Virus record (IMG/VR): IMGVR_UViG_3300018476_000009 | Location: 1-39,944 of that record | Source: a virus | Length of the DNA stretch: 39,944 nucleotides | Reading direction: 5' to 3' (one strand) | Shown: positions 16,714-25,541 of the stretch, piece by piece | How the letters are laid out: the number at the start of each line of letters is the position of its first letter | Numbering within the stretch: position 1 is the stretch's first letter | Notes under the pieces: generated by a model | The model's input: the letters and a program-made list of their open reading frames with translations, nothing else | Database searches by the model: none | What the model was told of the DNA's origin: nothing | Made by a program: the position numbers and the translations under genes

Positions 16714-17823
16714 ATGCCGACCGTTCCTGACATCCATCGGCGCGGGACGCGCGCCGACCAAGGTCTCGCCAGCCCGCCGTTCACGGTGGGAACCTTATGG
16801 TTCGTCACCGATGAAGACGTGACCGAACGCTGGGACGGGGCGACCTGGGAGACCTACAGCGGCGCGGCGAGCGCGGGCGGCACGGTCACGACGACCGGCT
16901 CGCCTGCGAGTGGGAACCTCACGGCGTTCTCAGGCGCCTCGTCGATCACGAGCGGCAATCTGTCTGGCGATGTGACGACGGCGGGCACGATGGCGACCAC
17001 CATCGCGAACAGTGCCGTCACGCTCGCCAAGATCGCGAATGCGGCGGCGAATAGCAAACTCCTCGGCTCTGGTGCGAGTGGGTCGGGCGCCGCCTACAGC
17101 GAGTTGACGCTGGGCACGAACTTGAGCATGAGCGGCACGACGCTCAATGCGACGGGTGGCGGCGGCACCCCCGGCGGCAGCGACAAGGACGTGCAATACA
17201 ACAACGCGGGCGCCTTTGGCGGCATCACGCCCGGCGCGGCGGGGACGGTCCTGACGAGTGGCGGCGCGGGCGTGACGCCGACCTTCGCGGCGGCGGGCGG
17301 CGGCGGGTCGTGCGTGCTCCTCGAGCAGCACACGGCTTCGTCATCGGCCTCGCTGGACTTCACCACGTTCATCAGCAGCACCTACGACACGTATGTGTTT
17401 GAACTGCTGAATGTCCTGCCGGCGACGAGCACCGCCGACCTCTGGATGCGCGTGGGCACGGGGGGCGGGCCGACGTGGGACACGGGCGCCAACTACACCT
17501 GGGCCTATTTGCAATACAGCCAGATCCCGAACGGCGCGAACCTCGGCAACGCCGGCGATACCAAGATGAAGATCGGCAATTCGCTGATCAACACGGCCAC
17601 GAAAGGCGCCAGCGGACGAGTGGAACTCTTTAGTCCGCAAAGCACGAGCGTGCATAAGCAGTTCATCGGGCACCTGTCGATCACCGACAGTTCGGGGAAT
17701 TACGTGGGCGCGCAGATCGGGTCGCTGTATGCCGCGACGACGGCGCTGACCGGCGTGCAGGTCCTGTTCTCGAGCGGCAATATCGCCAGCGGGACGATAC
17801 GCGTTTACGGCCTGAGTAAATAA
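16714..17823 (+). CDS. tail fibre protein (369 aa)
   Basis: ATG 16714 with GAGAGG 7 nt upstream; the track start overlaps the previous gene. The N-terminus carries the shared module (GTRADQ...GTLWFVTDEDVTERWDGATWETY). It is followed by fibre-type repeats (VTLAKIANAAANSKLLGSGASGSG...ELTLGTNLSMSGTTLNA). Confidence 0.65.
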   Translation: MPTVPDIHRRGTRADQGLASPPFTVGTLWFVTDEDVTERWDGATWETYSGAASAGGTVTTTGSPASGNLTAFSGASSITSGNLSGDVTTAGTMATTIANSAVTLAKIANAAANSKLLGSGASGSGAAYSELTLGTNLSMSGTTLNATGGGGTPGGSDKDVQYNNAGAFGGITPGAAGTVLTSGGAGVTPTFAAAGGGGSCVLLEQHTASSSASLDFTTFISSTYDTYVFELLNVLPATSTADLWMRVGTGGGPTWDTGANYTWAYLQYSQIPNGANLGNAGDTKMKIGNSLINTATKGASGRVELFSPQSTSVHKQFIGHLSITDSSGNYVGAQIGSLYAATTALTGVQVLFSSGNIASGTIRVYGLSK

Positions 17824-18783
17824 ATGGCTACCTACACCGTCAACAAAGGCGACTCCGAATCGTCCATCAATGCCGTCAACCAGTGGCTGCGGGTCCAACC
17901 CTGGTATCTGCAGCAACTCGCGCAGTGGGGGCAGAACCCGGCGCGCGTGAAACTGTCCAAGAGCCAGAGCCAGCAACTGCTGAAACTGGCGCAAGCGCAT
18001 GGCGCGCAGATCGATGAAGGCGCGATCGAGGTGGACCCCGGCGGGAACTTCAACCCGAAGGGCCACAAACTGCGGAACACGCTGATTGCCGCCGGGATCG
18101 GTGGTGCGGCGGCCCTCACGGGTGGGGCGGCGTTGGGCGCCTTTGGCGGGGCGGGTGGACTCGGCGCAGGAGCCGCTGCCGCGCCCGCGCTGGGTGGTGG
18201 CTCGACACTCGCGGCAGGACTGGGCGGGGCTGGCGCGCTGGGCGCAGGCGGCGCGGGACTGGCCGGGGCTGGTGCGGCAGCAGGCGCGGCGGGTGCCGCA
18301 GGCGCGGCGAGTCACGGCATTTTCTCCTCGCTGGTGGCACCAGCCCTCATCAAAGGGGCAGGAGCCGCAGTGAACGGGATACTGGCGAATCGAGCGGTCG
18401 GGAAGGCGACCGACCAACTCACCGCCGCCTCCGACCGCGCGCAGGCGATCAACGAACAGGTCTACCGCGAGAACCAAGGGAAGTACGCGCCCTACATTCA
18501 GGGTGGGACCGGCGCCTTCGGGCAACTCACCGCAGGTCTGGGCCTGCCGGCCTATCAGGCGCCGCCACAGGCCGCTCCACCGCCGCAGCAGGGTGGTGGC
18601 GGGATGGTGACGCTACAGGCGCCGAATGGACAGACCCGACAAGTGCCACAGGCGCAGGCGGGGCATTTCGTCAGTCTCGGCGCGAAGATTCTCGGCGGGT
18701 TGCCGAATGTCACGCCGCCGATGGGATCACTGCCGGGAGACGGCACACTCGCGGGGCGTAACAACGGCCCCGGTATGAACTGA
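17824..18783 (+). CDS. putative internal virion or ejection protein with a Gly/Ala-rich core (319 aa)
   Basis: Follows the fibre genes. Central ~90 aa of G/A repeats (GGAAALTGGAALGAFGGAGGLGAGAAAAPALGGG...). Call rests on position and composition only. Confidence 0.4.
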   Translation: MATYTVNKGDSESSINAVNQWLRVQPWYLQQLAQWGQNPARVKLSKSQSQQLLKLAQAHGAQIDEGAIEVDPGGNFNPKGHKLRNTLIAAGIGGAAALTGGAALGAFGGAGGLGAGAAAAPALGGGSTLAAGLGGAGALGAGGAGLAGAGAAAGAAGAAGAASHGIFSSLVAPALIKGAGAAVNGILANRAVGKATDQLTAASDRAQAINEQVYRENQGKYAPYIQGGTGAFGQLTAGLGLPAYQAPPQAAPPPQQGGGGMVTLQAPNGQTRQVPQAQAGHFVSLGAKILGGLPNVTPPMGSLPGDGTLAGRNNGPGMN

Positions 18784-18790
18784 GGCACAT

Positions 18791-19537
18791 ATGGGACGCT
18801 GGAAGGGATCGCCGCAGGGACCGTACTGGGACGCCAACGACGACGGCCCGAATCAGGTGGACCCGCCGCCGGGGGCGTCGCCGACTGGGCCGCAGGCGCA
18901 GCAGCCGCAACAGCAAGCGCCGCAGGATGGCTCGCCTCAATACGACGGCGGCGGCATCATCGCGGGACGGACGCTCCCGCCGTGGATGCAGAACACGCCC
19001 GACGCCGGACCGGGCGGCATGACGGGCCGGATGCCGGGAGACCTGAAGCAGTGGCCAGGTGGACAGCCGGGTGGCGTGGGTATTGACGGGCGTCCGGTGT
19101 ATGACCCAGGACTCCAGCAGGGCGGCCTCCCGCCGTGGCTGACGCAGCAGCCTGGGGCCGCCTACGGCACGCCGGAATCCGTGCAGCAATCCAATGAGCG
19201 GTATGCAGGCGTGCCCCGGCCCGACCCGATGCATCCGACGCCCTTTACGCCCGTGGGCTACGGGCAATCAGGCGGCCCGATGGACGCGCTGACGCAGCCG
19301 CCGGACTTCGCGGGTCAACTCGGTGGCCTCAAGGACCGCTTTGCGGGGTCCAACGGCCTGATGGGGCGGCTGTTCAACAAGATGGACATCCCGCAAGCCG
19401 CGCAAGGGTTGCAGAACCAGTGGCAGCAGAAGACCGACCTCGCCAATAAGTTACAGGCCGCTGACTACAAGCCCTCCGGTGGCATGTTCGGCGGCGCGCT
19501 GTCCGGTCTGATGTCTCGCTTCGGGACGAAGAGGTAA
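18791..19537 (+). CDS. putative internal virion protein, Pro/Gly/Gln-rich (248 aa)
   Basis: GAGG RBS. Low-complexity P/G/Q composition. Confidence 0.4.
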   Translation: MGRWKGSPQGPYWDANDDGPNQVDPPPGASPTGPQAQQPQQQAPQDGSPQYDGGGIIAGRTLPPWMQNTPDAGPGGMTGRMPGDLKQWPGGQPGGVGIDGRPVYDPGLQQGGLPPWLTQQPGAAYGTPESVQQSNERYAGVPRPDPMHPTPFTPVGYGQSGGPMDALTQPPDFAGQLGGLKDRFAGSNGLMGRLFNKMDIPQAAQGLQNQWQQKTDLANKLQAADYKPSGGMFGGALSGLMSRFGTKR

Positions 19538-19541
19538 CGGT

Positions 19542-20576
19542 ATGCCTGCAGGTCCAGCCGTCGATCGCGCACTCCAGCAGCCAGCCAGTGACGACTGGTT
19601 CGCCAGTCACGCACCCTCGCCGCAGGATCAGAAGCTCGCGGCGGTGCAGGCGCTCTACCAACAGTATCTGGGGCGTGAGGGTGCGCCTGACGAGATCCAG
19701 GGCTGGGCGAACAATCCGAACGGCGTCGAGGCCGTCGAAGCGGCGATCAAGGCGTCCCCAGAAGCGCAAGCGCGAGCCGCCGCCCCACAGGCCGCAGCGG
19801 GCGGTGCGGGCGGCACTGGCCGTGGTGACCCGGAGGGCTTCAAGGCGGCGTGGTACGCCAGTGGCGGCAAGACGACGACGGACTTGAAGAACTTCGTCGC
19901 CGCACACCCGGAGTTCGGCGCGACCATCACCGGCAGCAAGGGATCGAAGCTCACGTTCCCCGGCGGCATCGCCGTGCAGGCGGTGCGCTCGGCGGGGTTG
20001 GATGGGGGCATCGGGCCAGCGTGGGACGACATCAGCGGCGGCGGTGCGGGGGGCGGCGGCGAGGCGGGCAATTTCCTGACGCCCTACAACAAGCAGTTCA
20101 ACCTGATGTCGCCGCAGGAGTTCATCAACTCGCCGTTCTCGCAGGCCGCGCTGGGCGAGATTCGGCAGGGCGGCGAACGTGGCGCGGCGGCTCGAGGGAC
20201 GCTCCTCACGCCGGGGACCGAACAGGCCATCCAGCGCAAGTCCATCGACTACCTCGGTGATGCCTACGCCCAGATGGCGAACATGGACCTCGGGGTGCAG
20301 GGCCAGAATTACGGGCTGTTCAAGGACAACCAGGACCGCCCGTTCGACAAGCTCTATCGCACGTCCGCGATGGGTCTCGAGGCGTTGAACAACTCCGCGA
20401 ACAACGCGAGCACCTACGCGACGAACTCGATGGGGAACGCGACCGACCGCGGCTCCGCGCAGGCGAATGGGACGGTGGCCGCGAACAACGCGACGACCGG
20501 CGCCATCGGGCAGATCGCGGATGCGAGTCAGAGCGCCTATCAAAAGTGGCTCGCGAGTCGGCAGGGGAGGATCTAA
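19542..20576 (+). CDS. putative internal virion protein with a DUF4214-like N-terminal motif (344 aa)
   Basis: ALYQQYLGREGAPDEIQGWAN...VEAAIKASPE resembles the DUF4214 signature. GAGG RBS. Confidence 0.4.
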   Translation: MPAGPAVDRALQQPASDDWFASHAPSPQDQKLAAVQALYQQYLGREGAPDEIQGWANNPNGVEAVEAAIKASPEAQARAAAPQAAAGGAGGTGRGDPEGFKAAWYASGGKTTTDLKNFVAAHPEFGATITGSKGSKLTFPGGIAVQAVRSAGLDGGIGPAWDDISGGGAGGGGEAGNFLTPYNKQFNLMSPQEFINSPFSQAALGEIRQGGERGAAARGTLLTPGTEQAIQRKSIDYLGDAYAQMANMDLGVQGQNYGLFKDNQDRPFDKLYRTSAMGLEALNNSANNASTYATNSMGNATDRGSAQANGTVAANNATTGAIGQIADASQSAYQKWLASRQGRI

Positions 20577-21833
20577 GTGGCCCTCGACTATCGCGTCACG
20601 CAGAACATCAAGCCGCCCGAACTGGACGATCCGGCGCTGGCCTATAGCCGTGCGCTGACGAACCGCCGCGGGGAGCAGATCCTCGAGGAGCAATCGTTCG
20701 GTCTGGAGGAAGCCCGCGCGCAGGCGAAAGACGCCCGCGAGGCGCGGATGCGGCAGGCCAAGATCAAGCAGATCCTCGCCTCGTCGCCGACGCCGCACGA
20801 TGCGCTGGTGCGCCTCGAGCGTGAAGACCCAGACGCCGCGCACGAACTCAAGGGGCAGTTCGCGGACCACACGCTGAAGATGCTGATGGGCGTGTCGAAC
20901 TACCAGGCGGTCCCGTCTGCGTGGCCGGAAGTGCAGAAGTATCTGGGCGCCGATGCGCCGATGCCGACCTTCCAGAACCAGGACGAGTTCGACCAGTGGA
21001 AGCGGCAGCAGATTCTCGCGCGGGCGGACTTCAAGACGTATCTGGAACAGACCAAACCGGCCGCGGCGAAGACCGAACCCAACCCGAACGAATACACGAT
21101 CGCGCTGCAGGCCGCAGCCGGGGACGAGAAGGCCATCAAGGCGCTGGAGATCATCAAAGCGCAGAAGGCGGCGACCGCTGGTGCGGATGGGGGCTTTACG
21201 CTAGCGCCGGGTGGGCGTCGGTATGACGCCACAGGGAAGGTCATCGCAGAAGCGCCGGAGCGTCCAGAGAAGGCTGGTGGTGGTCCGAAGCCGCGTGGTG
21301 TGACGGCCGGATCGGCCAATCGCATCACGGACATCAACACGGCGATCGGTGAAGCCAAGAGCGTCCGTGGCGAACTCAGCGGCGTCGCTGGCGCCACTGG
21401 CAACACGGCCGCGCTTGGCGCATCGGTCCCGAAATGGGTCACTAATGCGACCGGGTTCGGTCTCGAAGCCAAACAAAAGCAAGCGACCATCGACCGCGTG
21501 AAGCAGATCATTGGCAAGGGTCTCGAGGGGGGCGTCCTCCGCAAGGAAGACGAATACAAATACGAGAAGATTCTCCCCACGATTGCCGATGATCCGGCGC
21601 TCGTGACATCGAAACTCAACGGTCTTGATGCCGCGCTCGTCCGCAAGCGCGACGAGGAGCTGTCCTCGCTGGAAGATGCGGGCTATGACGTGTCACGGTA
21701 TCGCGCCAGAGAGGCGGCAGCACCGAAGGACAACGCGACCGCGTTCAGCGTGAAGGCGCCGAACGGGACGACCTACACCTTCAAGAGCAAAGCCGACCTG
21801 GACGCGTTCAAGACACGCGCGGGGATCAAGTAA
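20577..21833 (+). CDS. putative internal virion or ejection protein (418 aa)
   Basis: GTG start with strong GGGGAGG. Charged and helical. No catalytic motif recognised. Confidence 0.4.
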   Translation: MALDYRVTQNIKPPELDDPALAYSRALTNRRGEQILEEQSFGLEEARAQAKDAREARMRQAKIKQILASSPTPHDALVRLEREDPDAAHELKGQFADHTLKMLMGVSNYQAVPSAWPEVQKYLGADAPMPTFQNQDEFDQWKRQQILARADFKTYLEQTKPAAAKTEPNPNEYTIALQAAAGDEKAIKALEIIKAQKAATAGADGGFTLAPGGRRYDATGKVIAEAPERPEKAGGGPKPRGVTAGSANRITDINTAIGEAKSVRGELSGVAGATGNTAALGASVPKWVTNATGFGLEAKQKQATIDRVKQIIGKGLEGGVLRKEDEYKYEKILPTIADDPALVTSKLNGLDAALVRKRDEELSSLEDAGYDVSRYRAREAAAPKDNATAFSVKAPNGTTYTFKSKADLDAFKTRAGIK

Positions 21834-23159
21834 ATGCCGCCTCAAGTCGATTACGACAAACTCGCCGCGCAGCACGGCGGCGTGCCTGATTACGACGCCC
21901 TCGCGCAGGCGGCTGGTGGGACGGCAGACGGCGCTCCCGAGATGAACTTCGCGGTCGTGAACGGACAGCGCGTTCCAGTAGAGCCGTCCCACTTGGAGAA
22001 GGCGACGGGCGCAGGGCCGATGGTCGGGTCCACCGTGGGCGCGATCGCAGGCGGCGTGCCGGGAGCCATCCTCGGCGGCGCGGCGGGGCGCGGGTATCAG
22101 GATCTCTACGAGCACGCGAAGGAGATTCCCGGCGCCGTCGCTGACGTGGCGAGCGGTCTGGTGAATAACCCGAGTGAGACGCTCGGCGGCTTCGTGGAAG
22201 GCGCGAAGGAAGGACTGATCGACACCGGACTCGCGGGGGCCATCGGCGGCGCGATGGAATACGGCGGCAACCTCGCCATGAAGGGCGCGCAGAACTTCGC
22301 GGGAGCGGTCTATCGCGGCTACCTGAAGCCCTCGCTGGCGGCGGTCAATGTCAAGAAGGCGCAGCAGATCGTGCAGACCGCGCTGGACGAAGCGATCCCC
22401 CTCACGAACAAGGGGATTGCTAAGGCGACCTCGACGATCAGCGAACTCAAGGCGGAAGTGAATCGCATCCTCGCAGCGCGGCAGAACATCTCGCAGACCG
22501 TGCATGGCGACATCGACTTGCACGACATCGCGGAGAAGGTGCGGCAGTTCGCCCGCGACAAGTATTACAAGGCTGGGAGTCCCTCAGAGGATTTCGAGGC
22601 CGCGATGAAAGTCGCGGACAACATCGACAAGCATCCGTCCTTGGGTCTCCCTCCAGGTGCCCAGCCGGGACCGACGCCGGTCACGCTGACGAAGGCTGAC
22701 GAGACGAAGACGGCGCTGCGTGCGAGTGCCGGGAAAAATGCCTTCGGTGTGGAGCGGTCAGCCGCGCAGGAAGCGGAGAAGCTGGGTGCGCGTGAGCTGC
22801 GTCTCGCGGAGGAAGCGCGAGCGCCAGCCATTGCCCCATTGAATGCGCGCGAGAGCAAACTGCTCGACGCGGCGAAAGCCATCCGGCAAGCCGTCGAGCG
22901 TGATGCGAACCAGAACCCGCTCTATGGCGTGAAGACGATTGCATCGGTGGGGTTTGGCGGGGAGGAATACGGGCGAACCGGCGACCCGTGGACGGCGGCG
23001 GCCAAGGGGCTTGGCGCTCGCTACCTCCTGCGGCCTGAAGTGGTGTCGCAAGTGGCGATCCTGGCGTATCGGATCGGGAAACTGCCAGGGGTGGCGCCCG
23101 CGTCGGCGGCGCGCTTGGCGCTCGCGGCGTTATCAGAGAATCACGCTGGCGATCAATAG
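21834..23159 (+). CDS. putative internal virion or ejection protein (441 aa)
   Basis: Abuts the previous stop. Gly-rich hydrophobic segment (GAGPMVGSTVGAIAGGVPGAILGGAAG) followed by a helical region. Confidence 0.4.
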   Translation: MPPQVDYDKLAAQHGGVPDYDALAQAAGGTADGAPEMNFAVVNGQRVPVEPSHLEKATGAGPMVGSTVGAIAGGVPGAILGGAAGRGYQDLYEHAKEIPGAVADVASGLVNNPSETLGGFVEGAKEGLIDTGLAGAIGGAMEYGGNLAMKGAQNFAGAVYRGYLKPSLAAVNVKKAQQIVQTALDEAIPLTNKGIAKATSTISELKAEVNRILAARQNISQTVHGDIDLHDIAEKVRQFARDKYYKAGSPSEDFEAAMKVADNIDKHPSLGLPPGAQPGPTPVTLTKADETKTALRASAGKNAFGVERSAAQEAEKLGARELRLAEEARAPAIAPLNARESKLLDAAKAIRQAVERDANQNPLYGVKTIASVGFGGEEYGRTGDPWTAAAKGLGARYLLRPEVVSQVAILAYRIGKLPGVAPASAARLALAALSENHAGDQ

Positions 23160-23342
23160 AATGAACCCGACCACCCCGGCCACACCGACGAGCATATCGA
23201 CGCGGTCTGTCGTCAGGAGGCCCGTGGTGCGGCGCGGCTGGCGGTCCAGCGCCCCGATGATAGACACCAACGTCACGGCATATACCAGTAATACCCACGC
23301 CATAGCCCAGCAGGTTACCAGACCCCGTGCCGCAGACGGCAC
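23133..23342 (-). CDS. possible small membrane protein with two TM helices (69 aa, or 56 aa from ATG 23303)
   Basis: This is the only plausible ORF in the 205-bp gap between + genes. Hydrophobic stretches WAMAWVLLVYAVTLVSIIGAL and MLVGVAGVVGFILLIASVIL. GTG start with a weak RBS. Convergently overlaps the 3' end of 21834..23159. Confidence 0.35.
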   Translation of the reverse strand: MPSAARGLVTCWAMAWVLLVYAVTLVSIIGALDRQPRRTTGLLTTDRVDMLVGVAGVVGFILLIASVIL

Positions 23343-23364
23343 TTCCCACAGATAAGGATCGACG

Positions 23365-23673
23365 ATGGCTGCAGCCCTCTTGTTCGCGAATCCGTTTTTC
23401 TATGCGGTGGACGCCGATGGAAAACCCGTTGTGGGCGCGAAACTCTACCTCTATGAGGCTGGATCGAGCACGCCCGCTGATGGCTTCCACGACTCCGACC
23501 TCGGCGCGGCGTGGACGCAACCCATCGTCACGAATGCGGCGGGGCAGAGCACGGGTCCGATATTCGTGCCGCAGACGCCGTCTTTGAAGGTGGTCGTCAC
23601 CGATAGCGCGGACGTTCCGCTTTCTGGGTACCCGATCGACGACGTAACGCCCTACGTCTTGGCGAGCGCGTGA
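23365..23673 (+). CDS. stand-alone protein resembling the N-terminal domain of phage tailspike or fibre proteins (102 aa)
   Basis: AAGGA RBS. F.YAVDADGKPVVGAKLYLYEAGSSTPADGFHDSDL...QPIVTNAAGQS...KVVVTDSADVPL matches the common F.D.nG.PL.gG.lY.Y.aGT.Tp..tY.D N-terminal pattern. Confidence 0.45.
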   Translation: MAAALLFANPFFYAVDADGKPVVGAKLYLYEAGSSTPADGFHDSDLGAAWTQPIVTNAAGQSTGPIFVPQTPSLKVVVTDSADVPLSGYPIDDVTPYVLASA

Positions 23674-23686
23674 CGGCCTAGCGCCC

Positions 23687-23947
23687 ATGCGCGTGGGCCT
23701 CGTCCTGCTGTGTTGCTGGCTGGCTGCGTCTCCCGCCTCGGCGCAACCCTGCCCGTCGACGCCGCTCGACCTCGCCGCCGTCACGACCCAGCTCGCCGCC
23801 ATCAACGCGCGTCTCGCGCAGATCGAAGCCTACCAGGCCGCCGAAGCGAAGAAGAAGCCGACGCTCATCGTCGTCCTCGGCAATCGCTACGTGGAGCTGG
23901 CGCTGATTTCTGTCGCGGCGTTTATCGGCGGGCTGAAGGTGCGCTGA
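23687..23947 (+). CDS. secreted or membrane-anchored small protein: N-terminal signal peptide plus C-terminal TM (86 aa)
   Basis: MRVGLVLLCCWLAASPASA-QPC signal-like N-terminus, a coiled segment, and a C-terminal hydrophobic helix (VELALISVAAFIGGL). Confidence 0.5.
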   Translation: MRVGLVLLCCWLAASPASAQPCPSTPLDLAAVTTQLAAINARLAQIEAYQAAEAKKKPTLIVVLGNRYVELALISVAAFIGGLKVR

Positions 23948-24150
23948 TGCCGGTCATCCTGATTTGTCGGCTCTGTGGCGGGCGCGTGACGAGCGCGGGC
24001 CTCATCCCCTCGCAGTGTCCGACGTGCGGGAAGGAGACGACGTGGGACACGCCGTGGGTGATCGTCTCGATGTGGACCGCCGTCGATGGCTGGCACCTGT
24101 CGCGGAACGACCAGGCGCTGCTCCGATCCTTTCACATAGACCCGACGTAG
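23947..24150 (+). CDS. small zinc-ribbon protein (67 aa)
   Basis: TGATG overlap. CRLCGG...CPTCG. Confidence 0.5.
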   Translation: MPVILICRLCGGRVTSAGLIPSQCPTCGKETTWDTPWVIVSMWTAVDGWHLSRNDQALLRSFHIDPT

Positions 24151-24473
24151 ACCGCGCCGCGAGGCCGACTCGGAGGGGTGGGAACATCGCCGCCACCCGC
24201 TCCGGGGCGATGCCGTCTGAGCCGACCTCGCGGCGGGCGGGAAGAGGCACCTGAAGTGCGCTTCAGGGTACGGCTGGCCTCCCCCGGCTGGCCTCCGAAT
24301 CGCAGTGGAAAACAGTGGATTTTATTGAGCGTTTCGTACGATCACGATTTTGTGATCGACGGTCAAAAACAGGCCGAAAAACGCTGGAAGTGCTTGACTG
24401 TGCAGGGATTTCGCGGTGTAATCAGGCGGTCTATGGAAGACGGACGCCTGCCAGTTAAGTCCTTATTTTCCAA
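24151..24473. other. candidate attP region
   Basis: 323-bp non-coding, locally AT-richer gap directly downstream of the integrase gene. Contains direct repeats GGCTGGCCTCC x2 (24272-24295) and CAGTGGA x2, plus inverted repeats CCTGAAG-tgcg-CTTCAGG (24250-24267) and CGATCAC-gatttt-GTGATCG. The core site was not identified. Confidence 0.5.
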
Positions 24474-25541
24474 TCACTTGTCGTCGTCGCCGCTGGTTTC
24501 GGCCAGCCGGTCGGCTGGCTCCAGCAGATTGACCGCCGCGCGCAGGTAGGGCATCACCTGCCCGCCGACATACCGCTTGGTCATCTTGGCCGAGCGGTGG
24601 CGCATCAGTTCCTGCGTCACTTTCAGGTTCATGGTGCGCTCGAGGACGAACGTCCCGAAGGTGTGCCGCAGGTCGTAGGGGCGTGCCCGCGCCAGCTCCT
24701 GCCGCGTGGCCTCGTCCAGGTCACCGCGCAGCAGCAGCCGCCGGCAGACGTTGACGAACCCCTGCCGCACGGACTTGCTGGAGAAGGGGCGCCCGACCAG
24801 TTCCGCACTGCGGAACGCCGCGAGCGCCGCCACGCCAGCCGCGGACAGCGGATACTCGCCGCCCACAATCCCCTTGCCCTTGATGCGGCGCTGCAGGTAG
24901 ACGCTCGCGGCCTCGAGGTGGAAGTCCCGTGGGCGCAGGCGCCGCATCTCGGCGGGCGTAATCCCCGTGTGGAGCATCACCGTCGCCACGACCTTCGCGA
25001 GGTTCACCGTGGTGCGCTTCTGCCCTTTCACGGGTGGCCCCAGGTTGTGCCACGCCTCGAGGATCAACGCGATGGTGCGCGGCGACAGGTCGCGCGGTTC
25101 GGGGTCCGGTTCGGTGTGCGTCTTCACGTCGCGCAGGACACTGGGCGCCGCCTTGCCGTCCAGCGTGCTCCAGAGATGCGACAGCGCGGTGCGGTAGTGA
25201 TTGCACGTCCCGGCGGCGCGCGAGAGGCGCAGCTCCGCGAGCGCGCGGGCAATCATCGGCGCCGTGATCGACGTGCGGGGGAGATGCCCGAGTCGTCGCG
25301 TCCACCAATCGAGTTGCCGCTCGCGCTCCTTCAGGAGGGCAGGCCGGTCGATCAGCGTGGCGAGATAGACCGGGACATCCGCGGCGAGGGACCCGGCGCG
25401 GGCCTTCGGCAGACCGAGATCGATCTGATTCCGCACGCGGGCCTTCCACGCCGCGATGACCGCATCCGGTGTGCCGATGGGGAAGGTCTCCTGCACTTGT
25501 CGGCCGCGCACCTTCGTCGTCGCGCGGAACGTGTGCGCCAT
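24474..25541 (-). CDS. int: tyrosine recombinase (phage integrase) (355 aa)
   Basis: C-terminal catalytic signature ...HTGITPAEMRRLR...RRIKGKG...YDLRHTFGTFVL...ELMRHRSAKMTKRY. Confidence 0.9.
   Translation of the reverse strand: MAHTFRATTKVRGRQVQETFPIGTPDAVIAAWKARVRNQIDLGLPKARAGSLAADVPVYLATLIDRPALLKERERQLDWWTRRLGHLPRTSITAPMIARALAELRLSRAAGTCNHYRTALSHLWSTLDGKAAPSVLRDVKTHTEPDPEPRDLSPRTIALILEAWHNLGPPVKGQKRTTVNLAKVVATVMLHTGITPAEMRRLRPRDFHLEAASVYLQRRIKGKGIVGGEYPLSAAGVAALAAFRSAELVGRPFSSKSVRQGFVNVCRRLLLRGDLDEATRQELARARPYDLRHTFGTFVLERTMNLKVTQELMRHRSAKMTKRYVGGQVMPYLRAAVNLLEPADRLAETSGDDDK

Noticed and set aside
24250-24473. tRNA or tRNA fragment as the attP core.
   Set aside because: I could not fold a T-arm or acceptor stem. 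CTCCGAATCG only superficially resembles a T-loop. A proper tRNA scan and a host BLAST are needed.
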